NCBI GenBank assembly: GCA_964632495.1
Contig: CAZWDS010000001.1
Location: 21,318-85,317 of the forward strand
DNA length: 64,000 bases
Direction of reading: 5' to 3'
Origin: an uncultured Rhodobacterales bacterium
GTDB taxonomy: Bacteria > Pseudomonadota > Alphaproteobacteria > Rhodobacterales > Rhodobacteraceae
Of the stretch, positions 53,413 through 63,584 are shown piece by piece. Position 1 is the first letter of the stretch, and each line of letters starts with the position of its first letter. Below the pieces are notes generated by a model. It did not search any database. It was not told the DNA's origin and worked only from the letters and a program-made list of their open reading frames with translations. Made by a program: the position numbers and the translations under genes.

Positions 53413-54368
53413 AGGTGTCAGTACTGGGTGCCGGTGCTTTTGGCACCGCTCTTGCCATTGCGCTGTCACGCGACGGCACCGCCGTCACGCTTTGGGGCCG
53501 CGATCAGGGTGACGTCGAAGCCATGCAGCGAAGCCAAACATCTGGTCAGAAATTACCGAATTTCCCGTTGCCCGAAAGTTTGACTGTCACCACCGATGAC
53601 GCGGCTTTTGACGCCGATGTCTGCCTGTTGACCGTGCCTGCGCAAAAGCTTGTGAAATTTGTGGTTAACAACCCAATTTCGAAAAGCGCCAAGTTAATCT
53701 CATGTGCCAAGGGCATAGACCGCAAGACCGGGCTTGGGCCAGTTGCCACTTTGAAAGCCCATTTCCCTGACACCACCGCCGCAGTTCTGACAGGGCCAAG
53801 TTTTGCCGTCGATATCGCGAAGGGTCTGCCGACGGCTCTTGTTCTTGCCAGCGCAAGGGACGAAGACGCGCAAAGTCTTCAGTCTATTTTAACTCGGCCA
53901 ACACTTCGGCTTTATCGGACGACAGATGTCACCGGTGCGGAACTTGGCGGAGCCTTGAAGAACGTTGTCGCCTTAGCTGCAGGCATAACAATCGGCGCTG
54001 GTTTGGGTGACAGTGCGCGCGCCTCTGTCGTGGCCCGGGGTTTCGCGGAACTGAACCGCTTTTCAGAGGCGAAGGGCGCCAAATCAGAGACCATTCAAGG
54101 TCTTTCGGGGCTTGGCGATCTGGTTCTGACGGCAACGTCGGAAAAATCACGCAACTACACAACGGGACTAGCGCTTGGCAAAGGGGAAACCCCAGACGAC
54201 CATGCCACTGTAGAGGGCCTTGCAACCGCACCGACGATTTTGGACGAAGCACGCCGACTAAGCGTTGAAGTGCCTTTAATCGAAACCGTGGCACATGTCG
54301 TCAGCGGGCACCTTGGCATCGAACAAGCAATCGAAGCCTTGTTGTCACGACCTGTTGGAAAGGAGTGA
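53409..54368 (+). CDS. gpsA: GpsA, NAD(P)H-dependent glycerol-3-phosphate dehydrogenase
   Basis: [16 protein letters not shown] Rossmann motif, [12 protein letters not shown] and [14 protein letters not shown] motifs. ATGA overlap with tsaD. Confidence 0.92.
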   Translation: MKVSVLGAGAFGTALAIALSRDGTAVTLWGRDQGDVEAMQRSQTSGQKLPNFPLPESLTVTTDDAAFDADVCLLTVPAQKLVKFVVNNPISKSAKLISCAKGIDRKTGLGPVATLKAHFPDTTAAVLTGPSFAVDIAKGLPTALVLASARDEDAQSLQSILTRPTLRLYRTTDVTGAELGGALKNVVALAAGITIGAGLGDSARASVVARGFAELNRFSEAKGAKSETIQGLSGLGDLVLTATSEKSRNYTTGLALGKGETPDDHATVEGLATAPTILDEARRLSVEVPLIETVAHVVSGHLGIEQAIEALLSRPVGKE

Positions 54369-54372
54369 GCAC

Positions 54373-54792
54373 ATGGCCTATTGGCTTTTCAAATCAGAAC
54401 CTTCGAATTGGAGCTGGGACGATCAGATCGCCAAAGGCGAAAAAGGCGAGGAATGGGACGGTGTCCGAAACTATCAGGCGCGCAATATGATGCGTCAGAT
54501 GAAGGTTGGGGATCGCGGGTTTTTCTACCACTCGCAAAAGGACAAAGAAATCGTCGGCATCGTCGAAGTTGTCGCTGCGGCCCACCCCGACAGCACAACA
54601 GACGACGACCGGTGGGAATGCGTGGACATCAAGGCAATCGAACCCTTGAAGACGCCTGTGACCTTGGAACAAATCAAAGCCACCCCGTCATTGGCCGACA
54701 TGGTATTGGTCAACAACACACGACTTTCAGTCCAGCCGGTGACCGAAACGGAATGGACGATAATCTATAAAATGGGGAGTTTGCTTCCTTAA
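54373..54792 (+). CDS. EVE (PUA-like) domain protein
   Basis: MAYWLFKSEPSNWSWDDQ...WDGVRNYQARNMMRQMKVGDRGFFYHSQ...IVGIVEVV. AGGAG SD upstream of the ATG at 54373. Confidence 0.85.
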   Translation: MAYWLFKSEPSNWSWDDQIAKGEKGEEWDGVRNYQARNMMRQMKVGDRGFFYHSQKDKEIVGIVEVVAAAHPDSTTDDDRWECVDIKAIEPLKTPVTLEQIKATPSLADMVLVNNTRLSVQPVTETEWTIIYKMGSLLP

Positions 54793-54849
54793 GGACTGCA
54801 GGCTTGTAAGTGGATAAGTATGGCGCCGCATTTCGCGACGCCCAAGGCG

Positions 54850-55191
54850 TCAGGAATAGACGCTTTCCTTACCAAAGTGTTTGGTCAGCATATAATAGAC
54901 AACAGCACGGTATTTGTTTCGCTCGGACCGGCCATAGGTTTCGATGACGCTGTTGATCGCCTCCATAAGCTGCGGACTATCTGCCAAACCCAGTTTCTTG
55001 ACCAAGAAGCTGTCTTTCACCGTCTCAAGCTCGGCTTTTTGCGATCCTGCAACTGTTGACGCATCAGCATTGTAGATTGACGGACCGCACCCAATAGTGA
55101 CCTTGGTCAACAGATCCATATCTGGCGTCACACCACATTTTTTCTGCAAATCCTCGGCATAAAGCGCGATTAGCTCGTCTCTCTTACCCAT
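54850..55191 (-). CDS. DUF2853-like small conserved protein
   Basis: MGKRDELIALYAEDLQKKCGVTPDMDLLTKVTIGCGPSIYNADASTVAGS...RNKYRAVVYYMLTKHFG resembles that family from memory. Start at the second Met of the track ORF. Confidence 0.65.
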   Translation of the reverse strand: MGKRDELIALYAEDLQKKCGVTPDMDLLTKVTIGCGPSIYNADASTVAGSQKAELETVKDSFLVKKLGLADSPQLMEAINSVIETYGRSERNKYRAVVYYMLTKHFGKESVYS

Positions 55192-55327
55192 AGCGTTCTC
55201 CTCTCTCCTGAAGTTTTCCAAATGCTAGTCCAAGCGAGCATCCTTCGAAAAGGGGAAACACAAAGCAAAGGCGTCAAAATTTTACATGGGCCTGTTCCTG
55301 AGCCGGACTTGGGATTAGAAAACAAAC

Positions 55328-56590
55328 ATGATTGATCCAACAGACCGTGCATTTCTGACGGCGCTTTTTGAAACCGCTGTCGCGGCCGCAGATCCTAAAA
55401 AAGCCCTAGCAGGCGTTTTGCCGGACAAACCAAAGGGTCGGACCATCGTTGTTGGGGCGGGTAAGGGCGCGGCTCAGATGGCGGCGGCCTTCGAAGATCT
55501 TTGGGGCGAGCCGGTCGAAGGTGTCGTTGTCACGCGTTACGGGTACGGCGGTCCGACAAAACACCTTCCGGTTCTGGAAGCCGCGCATCCTGTGCCCGAC
55601 GAATCTGGAGTAAGCGCCACCGCTGCCGTGTTTAAAACTGTGTCCAACTTGTCCAAAGACGACCTTGTTGTCGCATTGATCTGCGGCGGCGGTTCTGCCT
55701 TGTTGCCTGCACCACCGGATGGCCTGGACCTTGCGGACGAGCAGGCTTTCAATAAAGCGCTTTTGACCTCTGGCGCACCGATTTCTGTCATGAACGCGCT
55801 TCGCAAACACATCAGCCTAGTGAAAGGTGGACGTCTTGCAATGGCCGCCAATCCTGCGCGCGTTGTGAGTTTGATTGTCTCTGACGTGCCCGGAGACGAC
55901 CCTGCTCAGGTGGCATCCGGGCCGACAGTGCCAGACGAATTGCGTTTGGCAGATGCGCTAGGACTGATTGATAGCTATCGCATTGCCCTACCTTCCAAGA
56001 TTGAGGCTTACCTAAGATCCGCCCCTGAAACCCCGCACCCAAGCGATCCGATCTTTGCGAATAACACCGTTCAGGTCGTCGCCTCCGCCGGGATGTCGCT
56101 TGCGGCTGCAGCCAAAGCAGCGCGCGAAAAGGGAATAACGCCAGTCATCCTGTCAGATGCGATCGAAGGAGAGGCCAGCGATGTCGGCAGTGTTCATGCC
56201 GCTATTGCGCGGGAAGTTCGACTGAGAAACCAACCATTTCAAACTCCCGTCGTGATCCTGTCGGGCGGGGAAACCACCGTCACGGTACGCGATGAAGCCG
56301 GTCGCGGTGGCAGGAATTCAGAATTTCTGTTGTCCTTCGCCAAAGGCATCGAAGACTTGAATTTGACGGCTTTGGCTGCCGATACAGATGGCATAGATGG
56401 CTCGGAAGACAATGCGGGCGCTTTTGCTGATGGAACGTCACTTGCGCGGATGCGTCAGGTTGGACAAGATCCAGGTGGCCTTCTGTCTCGTCACGACGCT
56501 TGGACCGCGTTTGACGCTGTGGGTGACTTGTTTGTGCCGGGCCCGACCGGCACAAACGTGAACGACTTTCGCGCCATTTTGATCCGCTAG
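55328..56590 (+). CDS. Glycerate 2-kinase / hydroxypyruvate reductase family (MOFRL domain)
   Basis: IVVGAGKGAAQMA...ALICGGGSALL...ISLVKGGRL...ILSGGETTVTV...GGRNSEF...DTDGIDG...TGTNVNDF. Confidence 0.85.
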   Translation: MIDPTDRAFLTALFETAVAAADPKKALAGVLPDKPKGRTIVVGAGKGAAQMAAAFEDLWGEPVEGVVVTRYGYGGPTKHLPVLEAAHPVPDESGVSATAAVFKTVSNLSKDDLVVALICGGGSALLPAPPDGLDLADEQAFNKALLTSGAPISVMNALRKHISLVKGGRLAMAANPARVVSLIVSDVPGDDPAQVASGPTVPDELRLADALGLIDSYRIALPSKIEAYLRSAPETPHPSDPIFANNTVQVVASAGMSLAAAAKAAREKGITPVILSDAIEGEASDVGSVHAAIAREVRLRNQPFQTPVVILSGGETTVTVRDEAGRGGRNSEFLLSFAKGIEDLNLTALAADTDGIDGSEDNAGAFADGTSLARMRQVGQDPGGLLSRHDAWTAFDAVGDLFVPGPTGTNVNDFRAILIR

Positions 56591-56605
56591 TTCGGATGAA
56601 ACACC

Positions 56606-57994
56606 TTAGTAACGATAATGCTCTGGCTTAAAGGGGCCATCTGCCGGAACGCCGATATAGTCTGCTTGATCTTTGTCCAGTTTGCTAAGCTTTGCGCCCA
56701 CACGGTCAAGATGCAGCATCGCAACCTTTTCATCCAAGTGCTTTGGCAGGATGTAGACTTCGTTTTTGTAAGCGTCACCGTTGTTGAAAAGCTCCATCTG
56801 AGCGAGCACCTGATTGGTAAAGCTGGCCGACATCACAAAGCTTGGATGGCCCGTCGCGTTGCCGAGGTTCAAAAGACGACCCTCTGACAACAAAATGATC
56901 CGATTGCCCGACGGCATTTCGATCATGTCGACCTGATCTTTAATGCTGGTCCACTTGTGGTTCTTAAGATTGGCGACCTGAATTTCGTTGTCGAAGTGGC
57001 CAATATTGCCAACGATCGCCATGTCCTTCATTTCGCGCATATGCTCGATCCGAATGACGTCTTTATTGCCCGTGGTGGTGATGAAGATGTCGGCGTCCAG
57101 ATTTTCTTCTAGCAGCACAACTTCGAAGCCGTCCATCGCCGCCTGCAGCGCGCAGATCGGATCGACTTCGGTGACTTTAACGCGCGCCCCAGCACCTTGA
57201 AGCGACGCGGCCGAGCCTTTGCCCACATCGCCGTATCCACAAACAACGGCAACCTTGCCGGCCATCATCGTATCCGTGGCGCGGCGAATGCCATCGACAA
57301 GGCTTTCGCGACACCCGTATTTATTGTCGAACTTCGACTTCGTGACGCTGTCGTTCACATTGATTGCTGGGAATGGCAGTTGGCCCTTCTTTTGAAGATC
57401 ATACAGACGGTGTACGCCTGTGGTCGTTTCTTCGGACACACCCAGAATGTCGGCTTTGGTTTTAGTGAACCAGCCTGGGCTTTCCGCCATTCGCTTCTTG
57501 ATCTGCGCGAAGATGGCTTCTTCTTCTTCCGAGGTAGGGACAGAGATCAGATCGGTTTCACCGGCTTCAACACGCGCACCCAAAAGAACGTAGAGCGTTG
57601 CGTCGCCGCCATCGTCTAGGATCAGGTTCGCCCCCTCGGGGAACATGAAAGACCGGTCTAGATAGTCCCAATGCTCAACCAAGCTTTGACCTTTCACAGC
57701 GAAAACCGGCGTTCCACCTGCCGCAATCGCAGCAGCCGCGTGATCTTGAGTCGAGAAGATGTTGCACGACGCCCAGCGGACGTCGGCGCCCAGTTCGTTC
57801 AGCGTTTCAATCAGTACTGCTGTTTGAATGGTCATGTGAAGCGAGCCGACAATCCGCGCACCCTTCAAAGGTTTCTTGTCTCCGAACTCCTCACGAAGCG
57901 CCATCAACCCCGGCATTTCAGTTTCCGCAATATCCAGTTCCTTGCGGCCGAAATCGGCTAGCGAAATATCTTTGACGACATAGTCTTGGGTCAT
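56606..57994 (-). CDS. ahcY: Adenosylhomocysteinase
   Basis: [31 protein letters not shown]...[15 protein letters not shown]...[10 protein letters not shown]...GHFDNEI. ATG at 57994 has a GGAGAAGG SD. The track ORF begins at GTG 58006. Confidence 0.96.
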   Translation of the reverse strand: MTQDYVVKDISLADFGRKELDIAETEMPGLMALREEFGDKKPLKGARIVGSLHMTIQTAVLIETLNELGADVRWASCNIFSTQDHAAAAIAAGGTPVFAVKGQSLVEHWDYLDRSFMFPEGANLILDDGGDATLYVLLGARVEAGETDLISVPTSEEEEAIFAQIKKRMAESPGWFTKTKADILGVSEETTTGVHRLYDLQKKGQLPFPAINVNDSVTKSKFDNKYGCRESLVDGIRRATDTMMAGKVAVVCGYGDVGKGSAASLQGAGARVKVTEVDPICALQAAMDGFEVVLLEENLDADIFITTTGNKDVIRIEHMREMKDMAIVGNIGHFDNEIQVANLKNHKWTSIKDQVDMIEMPSGNRIILLSEGRLLNLGNATGHPSFVMSASFTNQVLAQMELFNNGDAYKNEVYILPKHLDEKVAMLHLDRVGAKLSKLDKDQADYIGVPADGPFKPEHYRY

Positions 57995-58060
57995 GACCTT
58001 CTCCACTCAACGGTGATTCTAGGTCACTTAGCACCCGCCTTTGGACCCGGCAACAAAGGT

Positions 58061-58354
58061 TTAGCCGGGAACTCCTGCGGGAACCTTAAGGCCGTCGCGC
58101 CAATTCGTTCCAGTCGCCATAATGCAAGTGACGCCGTCCGAGCGTGTCATCAGAATTGTCCATGTGCCCTTTTCCTCAGACAGCCAGACTTCCAGAACGC
58201 TTTCCGCGTTTCGAAGTCCGCCGCCCGAAAAGGCTTCGCCATATGCCACCTCAAGTCGATCAACGACGGCATCGCGCGGCGCACAGTTGCTTTGAGCGTG
58301 AACAAAAGTTGGGGCCAGCGCTATGGCTAAGGCCAGTGATTTAATCCAAGGCAT
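58061..58354 (-). CDS. Small secreted protein (97 aa), unknown function
   Basis: Clear signal peptide (MPWIKSLALAIALAPTFVHA/QS) and two Cys residues. It lies directly upstream of ahcY on the same strand. Confidence 0.55.
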   Translation of the reverse strand: MPWIKSLALAIALAPTFVHAQSNCAPRDAVVDRLEVAYGEAFSGGGLRNAESVLEVWLSEEKGTWTILMTRSDGVTCIMATGTNWRDGLKVPAGVPG

Positions 58355-58650
58355 TGGTCTCTCCTTACTGCAACCTTTTTGGCTGCGTGATGGTCCGACC
58401 TCCCTTTGGCGCTTATTTCCTAGTTTTGTGCCTTTGTTTTCCTTGCAAACACGTCAACCAGTGCAGGCCATATTCTACCTTCCCTTTCACGCTATTGACG
58501 AACTATGCCGGAATAGCGTTCGGAATTCGGGCTTTTCATGCCGATTTTGTCCTGGCTTTAATTTGTCCCCGTCGCTTGGCACAAGATCTGGCCCTGTTTT
58601 TGAGAAACTGACCACTTGACCCTCAGCACCGGGCCAGATCAAAACGCCCC

Positions 58651-59253
58651 ATGGGTGTGAAGAAATCTGAACCACGGGCATGGCAGCGGATGTTGTCGGG
58701 GCGGCGGCTGGACTTGCTGGACCCAACACCGGTGGACATCGAGATCGAGGACATCGCGCACGGGTTGGCTTTTGTGGCGCGTTGGAATGGCCAAACACAG
58801 GGCGAGTATCCGTATTCCGTCGCCGAGCATTCGCTATTGGTCGAAGCATTATTTGTCAGGATAGACCCGAAAGCGTCGGCAAAGTGGAAGTTGGCCGCCC
58901 TTTTGCACGATGCGCCTGAATACGTTATCGGAGACATGATTTCGCCTGTGAAAACCGCAGTGGGACCTGGGTATTCGGCATTGGACGACCGATTGGCGGC
59001 AGCTATCCACTTGCGATACGGCCTGCCCGCATCTGTTCCCAAGACAATCAAAGCCAAGATAAAACGGGCGGACAAGATCTCGGCATGGTTGGAAGCTACT
59101 CAGATCGCAGGATTTGACGAAAAAGAAGCCACGCGATTTTTCGGACGCCCGAATGCGTCTCTAACTATGGGGCTATCAATCGTACTGCGTCCTCCACTAG
59201 AGACGCGGCATGCCTATGTTTCTCGTGTGCAAGAGCTTCTCAAAGAGATTTAG
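58651..59253 (+). CDS. HD-domain phosphohydrolase (YfbR-like)
   Basis: RAWQRMLSGRRLDLLDP...IEDIAHGLAFVARWNGQT...SVAEHSLLV...LLHDAPEYVIGDMISPVK. Confidence 0.8.
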   Translation: MGVKKSEPRAWQRMLSGRRLDLLDPTPVDIEIEDIAHGLAFVARWNGQTQGEYPYSVAEHSLLVEALFVRIDPKASAKWKLAALLHDAPEYVIGDMISPVKTAVGPGYSALDDRLAAAIHLRYGLPASVPKTIKAKIKRADKISAWLEATQIAGFDEKEATRFFGRPNASLTMGLSIVLRPPLETRHAYVSRVQELLKEI

Positions 59254-59804
59254 CGCGGAGAACGTTTCGCCAAAATGCGCTGCAAAGTACGACGGTGCAT
59301 ATTCAAGCGTCGCGCAGTTTCGCTGACATTTCGGTCGCACAATTCGTAGACGCGCTGGATATGTTCCCAACGGACACGATCCGCGCTCATTGGATTTTCA
59401 GGCGGTGGTGGAAGCTCGTCATCCGTTGCAAGAAGCGCTGCCGTGACATCGTTGGCATCAGCAGGTTTCGACAGGTAATCTGTCGCGCCGATCTTCACCG
59501 CCGCCACAGCAGTCGCGATTGCGCCATAGCCTGTTAGAACAACAATGCGGCTGTCTTCCCGTCGTTCGCGGATGCGTTCCACTACGTCTAGGCCGTTGCC
59601 GTCTTCCAGGCGCAGATCAACGACGGCATATGCCGGGGGACGGGCCGTTGCGATTGCCGTACCGCCAGCCACAGAATCTGCAGTTTCAACCTCAAACCCA
59701 CGCTTTTCCATTGCACGCGCCAGGCGCCGCAGAAAGGGCTCATCATCATCAACAATCAAAAGAGTGGGGTCTGGCCCTACGTCAGCTGGCATAATATTCC
59801 TCAC
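59250..59804 (-). CDS. regA: RegA/PrrA/ActR global redox response regulator
   Basis: Receiver domain (LLIVDDD...VVDLRLEDGNG) and the near-invariant RegA HTH (CDRNVSETARRLNMHRRTLQRILAKRSPR). Confidence 0.92.
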   Translation of the reverse strand: MRNIMPADVGPDPTLLIVDDDEPFLRRLARAMEKRGFEVETADSVAGGTAIATARPPAYAVVDLRLEDGNGLDVVERIRERREDSRIVVLTGYGAIATAVAAVKIGATDYLSKPADANDVTAALLATDDELPPPPENPMSADRVRWEHIQRVYELCDRNVSETARRLNMHRRTLQRILAKRSPR

Positions 59805-59849
59805 AGCATTTAACGATATCTATTGCGCTGACCCGGATGGGTCAAATCT

Positions 59850-60461
59850 TCAAAGGCTGTTAATCAAGCAAGCCGACTTTTCTGCAATAGTCTCAGCACT
59901 GTCATTTCTGGGGAAAACACCGCCAAATCGGTTCCCGGGAAGCATCAGGTAAGTCCAGGTGGAATGATCCATCAGATAGAACTCTCCCTCGCCTTCGCCC
60001 CTTGCAGCATGCACCTGATAAGCCCTAGTCAGTGCCTTGATCTGTTGATCTGAGCCGGTCAGAGCCGTCATGCGGGGGTGCATGGCGTCAGCATAGCTTG
60101 CAAGTACCTCTGGCGTATCGCGTTCGGGATCAATGGTGATGAAAACCAAACCAACGTCCAGCCCCTCTTGTTCAAGCAAATCCACCACCAAAGCGTTTCG
60201 GGCGACATCGAAGGGGCAAATATCTGGGCAGAAGGTATATCCGAAGTAGATCAGAGATGGACGGTCGAGCACATCTGCGTCGGTCACTGTTTCGCCATCA
60301 GTCGAAACCAATTCAAACGGACCGCCAGTACTGTTACCAGGGCCCGAAGAGATACCGCAAGATGCCAACGCCGAACGCGGAGCGAAACCGACATAGACAG
60401 CCGTTCCGCCAATCAAAACGATCAAGAGCGTGGCAGCCAGAAAAGCGGCAATTTTGGTCAT
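59850..60461 (-). CDS. senC: SenC/PrrC, SCO1-family copper chaperone
   Basis: TM anchor, CPDICP (CxxxC) motif and a downstream DHS His. It lies between regA and regB. Start taken at MTKIAAF; the track ORF extends to GTG 60503. Confidence 0.88.
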   Translation of the reverse strand: MTKIAAFLAATLLIVLIGGTAVYVGFAPRSALASCGISSGPGNSTGGPFELVSTDGETVTDADVLDRPSLIYFGYTFCPDICPFDVARNALVVDLLEQEGLDVGLVFITIDPERDTPEVLASYADAMHPRMTALTGSDQQIKALTRAYQVHAARGEGEGEFYLMDHSTWTYLMLPGNRFGGVFPRNDSAETIAEKSACLINSL

Positions 60462-60545
60462 CTGCCTGTTCCGATCACATGTCGCCATGCATTGAACCTT
60501 CACCCGGAAGAAGAATACAACTTACAAGACTGTGAAAGCGACACA

Positions 60546-61922
60546 ATGACCGACGCCTATGAACCTCACGGCCCGCGTTCCAATTGGGTGCGCCTTAGAA
60601 CGCTGATTGTGCTGCGTTGGATTGCGGTTTTCGGTCAACTCGCCGCCATCACTGTTGCCAGCCGATTGTTCAGTTTGGATCTGAACGTCGGTCTTTGCTT
60701 TCTGGCGATTGGCATTTCGATTGTCGCGAACCTAGTTGCCGTTTTCATCTTTCCTGAAAACAAACGTCTGACCGAAAACGAAGTCACCGGGATGTTGATT
60801 TTTGATATCTTGCAACTGGCGTTCTTGATCTTTCTGACCGGCGGTTTGAACAATCCCTTCGCCTTGCTGATCTTGGCGCCTGTCGCCATTTCTGCCATGG
60901 CTTTGAACACGCGAATAACGATTCTGATTGCGGCGCTTTCCGTCGGTTTAGTGACACTCTTGGTCTTCTTTCACCTGCCTCTCAGAACCCAAGACGGTTT
61001 CATTATGCAAATCCCGGATGTGTTCGAATTTGGCTTTCTGGCTGCAATCATCATCGGTGTTGTTTTCCTTTCGGTCTATGCCGGACGGGTCACAAGCGAA
61101 ATGCACGCGATGTCCGAAGCTTTGGCCGCCACGCAAATGGCCTTGGCGCGCGAACAAAAGCTGACCGATCTGGGTGGCGTTGTGGCCGCGGCGGCTCACG
61201 AGTTGGGGACACCATTGGCGACCATCAAACTTGCCAGTGCTGAACTGATCGAAGAGCTGGAAAGCTCGCCCGAATTGCAAGAAGACGCGCGATTAATACG
61301 GGACCAAGCAGTCAGGTGCCGCGATATTTTAAACGCCATGGGACAAGCCGGCAATGACGATCAACACATCCGTCGCGCGCCAATCGGGGCCGTTGTCCGA
61401 GAGGCTGCCGAACCGCATGCGGATCGTGGCAAGACGGTTCACTATGATATCCGAGCGGCATCCGATGAAGACGATTCTCAACCTGTGATAGACCGGCGTC
61501 CCGAGATCATCCACGGATTGCGAAACCTAGTACAAAACGCTGTCGATTTTGCGCGCAAAAACGTTTGGGTGGATGTGACTTGGGACCAAAAAACCCTGGT
61601 TGTCAGGATCGTCGATGATGGTACCGGATTTCCAGCCAACGTCATCAATCGGATTGGCGATCCCTTCGTAAGCCGGCGACGACGACGGCAGCGCCCCGGA
61701 TACGAAGGGATGGGTCTTGGATTATTTATTGCGAAAACGCTACTTGAACGCGCAGGCGCCGAACTGAGCTTTGCCAACGGACGTGATCAGTTTGAACCAG
61801 ATTCGGGTCCCGGCGAACGGGTGGGCGCGGTAATCGAGGCCCGTTGGCAGCGCGAGTATTTCGCCGAAGCACACGATGCTTCCCGTAGCGCCTTGGGCAA
61901 GAACCTCCCCATTGAGGCTTGA
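60546..61922 (+). CDS. regB: RegB/PrrB redox-sensing histidine kinase
   Basis: Six-TM N-domain, H-box AAAHELGTPLATIKL, redox-box Cys (QAVRCRDIL), N/G boxes (LVQNAVDF; DDGTGF; GMGLGLFIA). The track ORF 60078-61922 has a spurious N-extension across senC. Confidence 0.9.
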   Translation: MTDAYEPHGPRSNWVRLRTLIVLRWIAVFGQLAAITVASRLFSLDLNVGLCFLAIGISIVANLVAVFIFPENKRLTENEVTGMLIFDILQLAFLIFLTGGLNNPFALLILAPVAISAMALNTRITILIAALSVGLVTLLVFFHLPLRTQDGFIMQIPDVFEFGFLAAIIIGVVFLSVYAGRVTSEMHAMSEALAATQMALAREQKLTDLGGVVAAAAHELGTPLATIKLASAELIEELESSPELQEDARLIRDQAVRCRDILNAMGQAGNDDQHIRRAPIGAVVREAAEPHADRGKTVHYDIRAASDEDDSQPVIDRRPEIIHGLRNLVQNAVDFARKNVWVDVTWDQKTLVVRIVDDGTGFPANVINRIGDPFVSRRRRRQRPGYEGMGLGLFIAKTLLERAGAELSFANGRDQFEPDSGPGERVGAVIEARWQREYFAEAHDASRSALGKNLPIEA

Positions 61923-61946
61923 GATGTTAACCACCTGTTAACTTGT

Positions 61947-63539
61947 TTGTTCGTAGAAAGGCATCTTGTTGTTCTGGGGGAATTTCTTTTGCTGTTCGAT
62001 CCAGTTGCCGTGTTTTTATTCGTTTCAGGCCTCGGCTTTTCGGCCTTGCTCGCATTTGCAGTCTTCGGCAGGTCCAAATCTAAGTTAGATCGGGATTTAG
62101 ATGCACGTGAGCCGCTTGTTTTCCTTGTTCGCAACAGCGAAGTCATCGACGCAAGCTTTGGTGCAAAACGTATCTTAAGCTCGACCGCAGGCCCGACCAC
62201 TGATTTCGAACGGCTGAAATTATACTTGTCGCTGCATTTCGACGATGAAACCGCTCTGCTGGCACCTTCGGATGCTGTCGGAGATCTGTCGCAAGTTGCC
62301 CGTGACGGTCAATCTCAAGTCTCTCGTGAAACTGCGGGCGAAACGGTTCGCCTGAAGGTCAGCTTTGTCGAAGACAGGAATCCAAACCGGGACGATATTC
62401 ACTCGATCCGCGCTTTGGAAAGCGAACTTTCCATGTTGCGTACGAACACGTCAGCCGCGCCCTTTCTGCTGTGGCGTCAAAATCAAGCTGGCGAGATTAC
62501 GTGGGTCAACCGGGCGTATTTGGAAACGGTTCGTGCCTACTGCGAACCCGGAAGCGATTTGATCTGGCCGTTGCCAAGACTTTTTCCGTCACTTCAGCCT
62601 TTGGTCGACGCAACGGATGGTGAACCGCAACGGATTGCAGTTCACGGAAAAGGGACGACAGAAGACACTTGGTACGATTGTCACATCACATCGATCGGGC
62701 AAGACATTCTTTGCACAGCCATTCCGGCTGATGAAGCTGTGCGTGCAGAAAACCGCCGTCGCGAATTCACTCAGACTCTGACGAAGACATTCGCGGAATT
62801 GGCGATTGGGTTGGCGATATTTGATCGGTCTCGCCGTTTGGTTCTGTTCAATCCTGCACTTTTGGACCTAACCAATCTGCCGACGGATTTCCTGACTTCA
62901 CGACCAAGCATGGTCAGTTTTCTGGATCGACTGCGGGAAAACCGCGTCATGCCGGAACCTCGCGATTATCGCACCTGGCGCACCGCGATTGCCGAATTGG
63001 AAGCCGCTGCTGCAGACGGGACCTATAGCGAAACTTGGTCTCTGCCCGACGGACAAACCTATCACGTCACAGGACGTCCGCATCCCGATGGTGCCGTCGC
63101 ACTATTGTTGGAAGATATCAGTGCGGAAATGTCTCTAACACGCCGTTTTCGGGCAGAGTTGGAGCAATCGCAGGCGGTTCTGGATACTGTCGACGACGCG
63201 GTCGCTCTTTTCTCACCCGCAGGACAATTGATCCTTTCCAATGAGTCTTATCGTCAGCTTTGGCAAACGGACCCCGATGGCACACTTGGTGTGATTGACC
63301 TGACCGAAGTGACCCGGCGCTGGCACGCCCTGACAACCCCTACCCCGGTTTGGGGAGACTTTAGAGATTTTGCTCAGCAGGGTCAGGATCGTGAAGAATG
63401 GTCAGCAACAGTCCAACTTTTGGACGGACGCTCAGTTGCCTGTCGGTTTCTGCCTCAAAAGGCCGGAGCCACAATGGCCGTTTTCCAAATTCAATCGGCA
63501 CAATCCCTTTCGGTCGAGAACCTTCGACAAACCGGCTGA
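61947..63539 (+). CDS. Membrane-anchored multi-PAS protein with no recognisable output domain
   Basis: N-terminal TM (FLLLFDPVAVFLFVSGLGFSALLAFAVFG) followed by about three PAS-like units (LLWRQNQAGEITWVNRAYL; GLAIFDRSRRLVLFNPALLDL; AVALFSPAGQLILSNESYRQLW). No H-box, GGDEF, EAL or HTH was seen. Confidence 0.7.
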   Translation: MFVERHLVVLGEFLLLFDPVAVFLFVSGLGFSALLAFAVFGRSKSKLDRDLDAREPLVFLVRNSEVIDASFGAKRILSSTAGPTTDFERLKLYLSLHFDDETALLAPSDAVGDLSQVARDGQSQVSRETAGETVRLKVSFVEDRNPNRDDIHSIRALESELSMLRTNTSAAPFLLWRQNQAGEITWVNRAYLETVRAYCEPGSDLIWPLPRLFPSLQPLVDATDGEPQRIAVHGKGTTEDTWYDCHITSIGQDILCTAIPADEAVRAENRRREFTQTLTKTFAELAIGLAIFDRSRRLVLFNPALLDLTNLPTDFLTSRPSMVSFLDRLRENRVMPEPRDYRTWRTAIAELEAAAADGTYSETWSLPDGQTYHVTGRPHPDGAVALLLEDISAEMSLTRRFRAELEQSQAVLDTVDDAVALFSPAGQLILSNESYRQLWQTDPDGTLGVIDLTEVTRRWHALTTPTPVWGDFRDFAQQGQDREEWSATVQLLDGRSVACRFLPQKAGATMAVFQIQSAQSLSVENLRQTG

Positions 63540-63584
63540 TCTCGTCTTGCAGGTCCGGTGTCTGGGCGGCACATTGGACGCGAT

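Noticed and set aside
57995-58060. Possible SAH riboswitch upstream of ahcY
   Set aside because: Only 66 nt separate the ahcY ATG from the upstream ORF stop. I could not see the SAH-riboswitch pseudoknot consensus. In alphaproteobacteria ahcY is not typically riboswitch-controlled. An Rfam scan would be needed to exclude it formally.
60078-60545. 156-aa N-terminal extension of the regB ORF
   Set aside because: It overlaps senC on the opposite strand. The conserved RegB sequence begins at MTDAYEP (60546).
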